A stretch of 64,000 nucleotides of DNA from Octopus vulgaris (lineage: Eukaryota), in contig OX597827.1 in the NCBI GenBank assembly GCA_951406725.2, forward strand, positions 41,664,001 to 41,728,000. The letters are read 5' to 3'. The notes beneath the pieces were generated by a model. The model ran no database searches and was not told where the DNA came from. It saw only the letters and a program-made list of their open reading frames with translations. The stretch's first letter is position 1. Every line of letters starts with the position of its first letter. This document shows positions 54,605-64,000 of the stretch, piece by piece. The position numbers were made by a program, and so were the translations under genes.

Positions 54605-55347
54605 CCTTCCTTCTCCTCTCTCTCCTCCTCCTCCCCTACCCCCTCATCTCCCCCCTCCTCCCCTCTCCCCCTCATCTCCTCCATCCCCCTCCTCCCCTCC
54701 TCTCTCTTCTCTCCCACTCTCACTCTCCCCACAAACCCCACTCTACCCCAACCCCCAGCCGAACCCACACCCCCACATGGGCTTTCCCCACTCTCGCCCC
54801 CACCTTCCCACAACATCACACCACACTACACTACACTACACCATACGACATTACACATCACATCAGAACACACCACCCACAGTACACCGCCCATATACCC
54901 ATCCCCACATCTTTACACCTACACATACATACACATATCATATCACAACACACCACCCACACACCCATCCCCATATCTCCACACCCACACATACATACAT
55001 ACACACGTCCAGACCACCAGCCCTCTTTCACACGCACATACATACTCTCTTATACACACACGCACCTTCATGTTGGGGCGATGTCACGTGACCCTGTTAT
55101 CCCTCTAACGTCTAACATCTGACCTCTGATCTCTGACTTCTGCCTGAAATCAGAACGCCATGTTGGATTGCTAGCTCCTACACGCATATTTTTTCTCTCC
55201 TTGTTTCTCTCCTTGTTTCTTTTCTGTGTATCTTTCTGTCGAAGAGCGTAGGCTCGAAACGTAAAAAACTTATTTTATTTCTATTCCTGAGCGCCATACT
55301 AATACAATTGTTTGTTTGTACTCCACCTGCCTTCGTCTTTTGTTTAT
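54605..55347 (+). mobile_element. Upstream pseudo-LTR or 5'-truncated copy of the Penelope-like element 3' end
   Basis: C-rich tract, cacacgtccagacc and a ~230-bp block homologous to 59010-59238; ends at (TA)n. Confidence 0.85.
55231..55268 (+). ncRNA. Minimal hammerhead-like motif with A6U core variant (pLTR 1)
   Basis: TCTTT-CTGTCGA-A-GAGC-gtag-GCTC-GAAAC-GT-A-AAAAA. Confidence 0.6.
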
Positions 55348-55363
55348 TTTCGTAAACCTTCCC

Positions 55364-55402
<39 letters not shown>

Positions 55403-58400
55403 GCATACATATATATGTTTATATATATGTGTATCCTGTATATTGCCTTCAGCCGTCCGTTAATCTCTCTCTACTTCTTTTTAAAAAAACCCGCTTCTCT
55501 AGCCATGTCTCTTTCCTAAGCCGCTGCCTACATCACCGACTCATCCCTAAAGGTTTCCGCCTCCACTTCCACCCTGCTCTCCACTCGGATTCTTCCATCT
55601 TACCCATACTCCGCACCACATCTTACCGCCTTATGCGGGCCACCATTCGCTCCAATCTCTCCAAACTACATGCCATCAACCGCCTTCTTCCTCCTGCTTT
55701 CTCCACCTTCTTCTCCTCTCTGCCGCCTCTCTATGCTCCAAACACGCTACGCTTCATTATCCATTTGAATCAACTCTTCCATCAATTTCTTTCTGATACC
55801 AAACTTCGTAAACTCCAATCACTCTTCCATTCCACCCTACCCGACGCCACTACCCCAACTCCTCCACCACCCTTCTCCCCTCCCGATAGGCTCCATCCAC
55901 CCACACCTAACCCCACTGCCCCTCCCTACAACCCCCTCTCCCCTCCCGTTAGGCTCCATCCACCTACACCTAACCCTACTGCCCCGCCCAACCACCCCCC
56001 ACACACCTCTCCACTCCCTCCCCCTCAGACCTCCCCGAGACCTACCACCCCTCCTACTTCTATTCCATCCACCCCTTCTCCACTTCCGTCTGTTGTTACC
56101 ATTCCTCCCGATCTTCCCCTCTCTGCGGCTGAACGCTCCGTCCTTGGTAGGGGTCTGCGTTTCATCCCCCTCACTCCATCCTGTAAGGAATTCCAGACGC
56201 GAGTTGATGTCCACAGCTTTGTGCGCCGTGTCCGGTTGGGTGCGCATTACCACGACTCGCCACCCACACCCAACGAAGAGGACGACTGCTTCACTGGCCT
56301 GGGCCGCCGACCATCCCCGTGGACGCCTGCCCCTGGCCAGATCCTAGCAGTGGATCTTTTCGCGGGCGCTTGTCAGCGTGCATTGGAGCGGTTCAACTTC
56401 TCCAGGCGCCAACGCCGCCTCAACATCTCCCCGGCTGAGCTCTTGGCTCTTCGTTCCCTCCAACGGCGCGCTGACATTATCATCAAACCGGCTGACAAGG
56501 GTGGAGCTGTAGTGGTGTGGCGCGCGGACCTCTATAGGGCCGAGGCTTTCCGCCAACTCAATGACACCTCCTTCTATTCCCCTCTGCCCTCTAACCCCAC
56601 ACGTAGCTACCAACAGACGGTATCCTCTACTGTCCAAGACCTCATCTCGTCCTCCCGTCTCCCCCGCACCGCATCCAACCTAATTGTGCGAACCCCACGT
56701 ACCCCCACCATTTACTTCCTCCCCAAAATCCACAAACCCAACAACCCTGGCCGCCCCATCGTCTCCGCCTGTAACTGCCCCACGGAGCTCATCTCTAAAT
56801 ACCTCGACCGTGTCCTTGCCCCCCTAGTGGCATCTCTTCCCTCCCACATCCACGATACCAACCATGCTCTCCGGCTTTTCAACTCTTTCTCCTTTCCTCC
56901 CGGCTCCTCCAAAATCCTTTTTACTATGGACATCCAAAGCCTCTATACTGTTATCCCTCACCACGAAGGACTGCAGGCCCTTCGACACTTTCTTGACCTC
57001 CGCTCTAACCCTGTACCTGACACCTCCACACTCATTCGTCTGGCCGAACTTGTCCTTACTCTGAACTGCTTCTCGTTCGCGGGCGAGTTCTACCATCAGG
57101 TCTCGGGAGTGGCCATGGGAACGCGAATGGGCCCCAACTATGCGAACCTGTTCGTTGGCTATGTTGAGGCCCAAATATTCTCTAATTTCACTGGTCCCAC
57201 TCCTGAACTATATTGTCGTTATATTGACGACATTATCGGTGCCACCTCACTCTCCCGCGAACATCTAGATTCCTTCCTCTCTTTCGTCCAATCTTTCCAT
57301 CCAGCCCTCCACTTCACTTCCACTATCTCCAACACCTCTGTCTCCTTCCTCGACATTTCGGTTAGCATTCTTCACTCCACTCTTACCACCTCCATTCACT
57401 ACAAACACACAGACTCACACTCATACCTCAACTTCTCTTCCTCCCACCCAGAACACACCAAGCTTTCCATCCCCTATTCCCAATTCCTCCGTCTACGTAG
57501 GCTCTGTAGTGACGACCATGACTTTGAGACTCAGTCTCAACGTATGGCTCACCACTTCACCCTACGTGGATACCCCCTCACCACTATCCACACCGCCCTT
57601 GCCAGAGCACGGTCCGTGGACCGTGTATCTGCTCTCTCTCCCCGAACCCGCCCTGTAGTCTCCCGCCTCCCTTTTCCCCTCACTTACCACCCCACGACCC
57701 TACGTCTCCAACGCACCATTCTTCGAGCTTTCCGTCATCTCCAGTCCGACCCGTCCACTTCACACCTCTTCCCTAACCGACCCCTCCCCTCTTTCAAACG
57801 AGCCCACAACCTTCGAGACCTTTTGGTCCATAGCTCCTTCCCTGACCCTACCTCCCAACCCGGCTCGTTCCCCTGCTCCCGCCCACGTTGCCGCACTTGC
57901 CCTTACCTCTCCAACACCACCCGCCTCACTAGCACCCACCATCGACCCTATCCCATCATCCACTCCTTCACCTGCACCTCCAGCAATATTATCTATTGCA
58001 TCTCTTGCTCTCTCTGCAATTCCTTGTACATCGGACAAACGGGACGCCGCTTGGCTGACCGGTTCGCGGAACACCTTCGTGACATCCACCTTGCGAACGA
58101 CACACCGGTCTCACGCCATTTCCGCTCCACCGGTCACTCCTTGCAACACCTATCTGTGTTCGGTTTGTCCTTACACAGAGGCCATCCGGATTCCCGTTTG
58201 CGCCGTGAACAGGAATTAATCTTCTCTCTTCGCTCTTATACGCCATTTGGTCTCAACTCTCCCCCCTCCTCATCTAACCCCCTCTCCCCCCTCCTCACCT
58301 ATCCTTTCTCCCCCCGACCCCTACTTCTTCAGTCCTTCATCCTTTCACCCCCTACTCCCCTTCCCTTCTTCCCTCTTTCTCCCTCCCTCTTCCCCTTCCC

Positions 58401-58623
58401 TCTGCTCCCTCACTCCCTCTCTCCCCTTCTCTCTCCCCCTCTCCCTCTTTCCTCCTTCATCCCCCTCATCCCCTTCCTTCTCCCCCATCCTCTCCTCTCC
58501 CCCCTTCTTCCCCTCCCCTTCTCTCCCCCTCTTCTCCCCCTCCCCCTCTTCTCCTCACTACACCACATGACTTTACACATCACATCACATATGATGTGCC
58601 ATACTAATACACACACCAACTAA
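55312..58623 (+). CDS. Penelope-like retroelement polyprotein: reverse transcriptase + Cys-rich linker + GIY-YIG endonuclease (Neptune-type); conserved part ~55450-58260
   Basis: KPADKGG, FLPKIHK..PGRPIVS, MDIQSLYT.IP, QVSGVAMGTRMGP.YANLF, YIDD (57220-57231), FLDI, YKHTDSHSYL.FSSSHP, CSRPRCRTC...FTC, IIYCISC...LYIGQTGR.L.DRF.EH, RE..LI, GLN; no internal stops. Confidence 0.95.
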
Positions 58624-59236
58624 TACATACTAATACGTACTAATACATACTAGTACATACTAATACTTACACCAAGCCTATACATACACACGTCCAGACC
58701 CCGCATACGCACTTATACTCTCTCTCACACACACACACACCTATACATACCAATACGTACTAATACATACTAATACATACTAATACATACACCAACCCCA
58801 TACATACGCACGTCCAGACCAATCTTACGCACTAATACTCTCTCATACACACACACACACACACACACACCCTTATACATACTAATACATACACCAACCC
58901 TATACATACACACATCCAGACCCTCCCACGCACTTTTAGCTGGTCCCTCAACCCACTTATCAACCCTATTATCTCCCCTTATTTCGCTCTCGCGTCTCAT
59001 GTTTGATCTTTGACCTCTGGCCGAAATCAGATCGCCATGTTGATTCGTTAGCTACTGCACGCATTTTTTTCTCTCCTTCTTTCTGTGTTTTTCTCTGTGT
59101 ATCTTTCTGTTGAAGAGCGTAGGCTCGAAACGTTAAAGACTTGTTTTATTTATATTTCCTGAGCGCCATACTAATACAATTGTTCGTTTGTTTTCCACCT
59201 GCCTTCGTCTTTTGTTTATTTTCATAAAGCTTCCCG

Positions 59237-59238
<2 letters not shown>
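58261..59238 (+). mobile_element. 3' UTR / downstream pseudo-LTR of the Penelope-like element
   Basis: Polypyrimidine tract, internal CATACTAATA and ~110-120 bp tandem repeats, block homologous to 55120-55347, ends at (TA)n. Confidence 0.85.
59102..59139 (+). ncRNA. Minimal hammerhead-like motif with A6U core variant (pLTR 2)
   Basis: TCTTT-CTGTTGA-A-GAGC-gtag-GCTC-GAAAC-GT-T-AAAGA; perfect 5-bp stem I and 4-bp stem II. Confidence 0.7.
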
Positions 59239-59276
<38 letters not shown>

Positions 59277-59305
59277 CATATTTATATATATGTATGTATG
59301 TATGT

Positions 59306-59346
<41 letters not shown>

Positions 59347-59379
59347 AGCATGTATATTTATATATGTTTATATGTGAAT

Positions 59380-59509
59380 GCGTGTCTTTGTGTCTCTATT
59401 TCCCACCGCTTGCTAACCGGAGTTGATGTCTTTACGTCCCCGTAACTTAGCGGGTCGACAAACGATACCGATTGAATAAGTACCAGGTTTAATATATATC
59501 TATACATAC

Positions 59510-59580
<71 letters not shown>

Positions 59581-59665
59581 TACTGGGGTCGATTCATTTG
59601 ACTAAAAATTCCTGAAGCTGGTGTCTCAGCATGGCTACATTCTAATGACTGGATCAAGTAAAAGA
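59380..59665 (+). mobile_element. SINE family A 3' half with expanded (TA)n
   Basis: tttacgtccccgtaacttagcgg...tactggggtcgattc...cagcatggc. Confidence 0.7.
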
Positions 59666-61475
59666 TGAAGCAAAAAAAACACACAAACAAACAAGAAACG
59701 AAAACAAAACAAAAAGACATGAATCGACAGTTTCTCGGGGACGAGATTGGTCGTAGGCGAAGCCATATTGAGGCGATCCAGATCAAAGGCTGTATGGCAT
59801 TTTTGCAAACACTCTTAGAATTTCGCCAATCAGTTGTTGTGGAGATATATATTATTTTTCCCATTTGAGGACGAACTTGAATTCAAAACGTAAAAGATGC
59901 TATAAGATGTTGTTCATCGACGTCCTACGGGTTCTGTCATCCAGCACTTTTACGAATCTAATCCCCTTCCGTGTTTAATGTGGCCTTTAATCTATAGCAC
60001 GCTGTATGAACGGATAAATAAATCCAAATGCTTGATATTTCGGTGATCAAAAGTATTCATTAATTGATGATCAATCAAATTGAATTTTTAAGGCGAAGGA
60101 AACGTATCGACTATATCGATTTTAATACACGAATAGGTAGCAAATTCAGCCTGGTGGGATTTGAACTCAGAATGTAAAAGAGCGTAAGTAACACTACAAG
60201 GTATCTTGTCCAATGATATACCATTTTTGACAATCCACTTACTCCCGTTGGCCTTCTTAACACATATGTATGTAAATATACATATATGCATACATGTATA
60301 TATTTATGATTTACTCATATCTTAGTTAAAAGCTTGTACGATAGATTTCATCTCATGTTGAAGCTGAGTTGGGTTCTAAATCACGAGGTTGTTGAATAAA
60401 TAATGGCGGATAAGGAAGCGCATGGATATACACAAACACATAAGCACACTTTAAGACATTAAGACATTAATACACATACACACACACATACAAACAGATA
60501 CAGTATGCACACAAAGACACACACATACACGCACCATACACGTATATACACTTGCATTAACAGAGCAAGTATGCATGAAATAAAGAAAAAAAGCACCACA
60601 AAGCAAAACAAAAACCTTACAAAATAAATACAGTAAAATATAAAAAAAGGTGAAAAGGGGAGGGTTTATGAAAACGGTGGAGAAAGATACCGTAGAAAAA
60701 TGGAAGAAGAAGTAAGAATGTAAGGTGAATTAACGGGTCCCTTGAAAATAATCCCAAGTTTTCTCACAGTGAGTCATAATTCTTTGGCAGAAGATTTTCG
60801 TCTGGTCTCGACGTAGCTTTGAGTAGAATAAACGTGGAAAATGAAAGACGTATGGAGAAAGAAGAGATAAAAATAAAGACATAAAATTAAGAAGAGAAAA
60901 AAAATGAACGATATAGGTGAACGGAAGTATAGGGACAGTTTGTGGGTCGGTATAAGGTGTTGTGTGAATTCTTTTTAAATATCTATTTTTTTTTCGTTGT
61001 TTTTCTTCTATAATATATGGTATCTGTCTATGTGTACTCGCCATCTTAACCATTTTAGTTTCCAGTTTTTACCTTTTTTTATTTTTTTGCTTTGGAAGGT
61101 TTGTCTGTTTGTCTGGGTGTCTGTTTGAATGTTTGTATGTTTGTCCGTGTGTCGTCTGTACGCTTATTTTCGTCGATCGCTTTGGTATGCATGGGTATAT
61201 GTATGTATGCGTGTATGTATGTATGTATGTACTTGTGCATATATGGCTGTTCGTACATGTGTACATATCTAACTGTATATAGTGTGTGTGTGTATATATA
61301 TATATATGTACATACACAATTGTATATATCTATGTGTGTACGTATTTATGTATGTATGTATGCATGTATGTATGTCTCTATCTATCTATTTATATATACT
61401 CTTTGCATTCATTTTAAGATACATATGCCTGTGTGCATACATAAGTATACATATATATGTGTATTTATAGGTACG

Positions 61476-61519
<44 letters not shown>

Positions 61520-61530
61520 CACACGTATAT

Positions 61531-61576
<46 letters not shown>

Positions 61577-61650
61577 CTATATATATACACGTATATACAT
61601 ATGACTGTATGCTTGTCGGTTTGTCTGTCTGTTCATCTAGCACTTTTCTT

Positions 61651-61699
<49 letters not shown>

Positions 61700-61787
61700 C
61701 CTCCATCCTCCCCGCCTTTGGAATGCTTTTCTTACACACACCACTCAAATCACTTCTCTCCCTCCTTGTCTCACTCTCTGTCTCTGC

Positions 61788-61818
<31 letters not shown>

Positions 61819-61945
61819 CCCCTCTTTCTCTATCTCATCTTTGATACGGACATGGACTCACAGACTCACACTCGCAAACACACACTCACACATTAACACT
61901 CACATCCAATCAGCCCACCCAACGTACGTACACCAAAGTTAACCC

Positions 61946-62013
<68 letters not shown>

Positions 62014-62333
62014 TACAGACGTAGGCAGATGGATATACAGATGGTTCGATACGTACACATATATATACACGCCGACACGTATTTTAGGTCACCTTTCCCT
62101 ATTCGAGGCGCCTATTTTCTGAATCATCACGTTTTTCTCTATCTTGGTTTCCATCCAAGTTGATTACGTACAGGAAGCCTCTTACACACACACACGCACA
62201 TGCTCACACATGGTCACACACATTTGTAGATATATATCTATCTGTGTATATATATGTACATACATGTATGTATACACATATGTACATCCATTCAAATTTT
62301 ATATATATATATATATAGGTGTGTGTGTGTGTG

Positions 62334-62433
<100 letters not shown>

Positions 62434-62643
62434 ATGTATATATACACATATAATTTGAATGGATGTGCACAAATATATATATGCATACTTGCACACATAT
62501 ATGAGTATATATATATATATATATATATATATGTGCATGTGTGTGTGTGTATTTATGTATTATATGTGTATGTATGACACACATATATATATATATATAC
62601 GCACACACACGTTTATGTATACATAAACTCACTCGTATCAATG

Positions 62644-62726
<83 letters not shown>

Positions 62727-63057
62727 CTATATATGAGTGTATTTTTGTGTGTGTGTGTGTATTTGTGTATGTGCTTGTATAAACAACTGCGTTCGTTCCC
62801 CAATGTGTTTTTGTGGTTTCGTTGGTTCCTGTGTGCTACTGGGAAGTGAATATTTACATTGCTCTGCTCAGAGCCGACATTGCATTGTATGTTTGCTTGC
62901 TGTGGTGTAAGAAGACGTTGCATCATCGTGTGGTTCGGTCAGTTTGACCTTGTCTCACTTTTCAGAACAGATGCCGAATCTGAATGAAGCAACGGAGGGG
63001 ATGTTCAAAGTTAAATATCATTTAGATGATTGATAGTGTGCATTTTGTCTCTGTCTC

Positions 63058-63610
63058 TGTATGTATGTATGTATGTATGTATGTATGTATGTATGTATGT
63101 ATGTATGTATGTATGTATGTATGTATGTATGTATGTATGTGTGTGTATGTGTGTGTGTATGTATGTATGTGTGTGTGTATGTATGTATGTGTGTGTATGT
63201 ATGTATGTATGTATGTATGTATGTACGTATGTATGTATGTATGCATGTATGTATGTGTATGTATGTATGTGTGGAGCTATGTATGTATGTATATATGTAT
63301 TATATAAGTATGTATGTTTGCATGTATGTACGTATGTATGTATATATGTATGTATGTACGTATGTATGTATGCAGTATGTAAGTATGTATGTATATATGT
63401 ATGTACGTATGTATGTATGTATGTAAGTATGTATGTATGTGTATGTATGTATGTATGCATGTATGTACGTTTGTATGTATGTATGTATATATGTATGTAT
63501 GTACGTATGTATGTATGCAGTATGTAAGTATGCATGTATGTAAGTATGTATGTATGTATGTGTATGTATGTATGTATGTATGCATGTATGTACGTTTGTA
63601 TGTATGTATG

Positions 63611-63644
<34 letters not shown>

Positions 63645-63819
63645 TGCACATATGTATGTGTGTGTAAGTATGTATGTTTGTATGTGTATGTATATATGTT
63701 TGTATGTGTGTATGTATGTATGTATGCAGTATGTAAGTATGTATGTATATATGTATGTACGTATGTATGTATGCATGTATGTAAGTATGTATGTGTATGT
63801 ATGTATGTATGTACGTTTG

Positions 63820-63853
<34 letters not shown>

Positions 63854-64000
63854 TATATGTATGTATGTATGTATGTATGCACGTATGTATGTGTGTGTAT
63901 GTATGTATGTTTGTATGTGTATGTATATATATGTTTGTATGTGTGTATGTATGTATGCTTGTATGTATGTATGTATGTATGTTTGTATGTGTGTATGTAT
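63058..64000. repeat. Long degenerate (TATG)n array
   Basis: Directly visible; many similar di- and tetranucleotide arrays occur throughout the window. Confidence 0.95.

Noticed and set aside
55837-58246. Minus-strand and alternative-frame ORFs within the PLE
   Set aside because: By-products of the C-rich strand bias of the main ORF

Overview
Repeat-saturated animal genomic DNA with no recognisable host protein-coding gene. It is probably intergenic or intronic. The extreme (TA)n/(CA)n/(TATG)n/triplet content and the tRNA-derived SINE families suggest an octopus or other coleoid cephalopod (inference). The only intact long ORF (55312-58623) is a Penelope-like retroelement with RT, a Cys linker and a GIY-YIG endonuclease (Neptune-type). 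It is flanked by pseudo-LTRs carrying minimal hammerhead ribozyme motifs with a shared A6U core change. A second hammerhead family sits at the tail of a tRNA-headed, SINE-like unit present as a head-to-head palindrome (45221-45936), a candidate Pol III/ribozyme non-autonomous retroelement. The window also holds three SINE families (nested, several with TSDs) and a CR1-like LINE remnant sharing its 3' tail with the main SINE. There are CRE-type, Helitron, mariner and DD37D (maT) relics, MITEs, a SINE-derived 158-bp tandem array and a 1.5-kb minisatellite rich in TTCnnnGAA/ACTTCC motifs. Nearly all other ORFs in the track are microsatellite artefacts. All calls were made by eye and boundaries are approximate unless a TSD or TIR is given.
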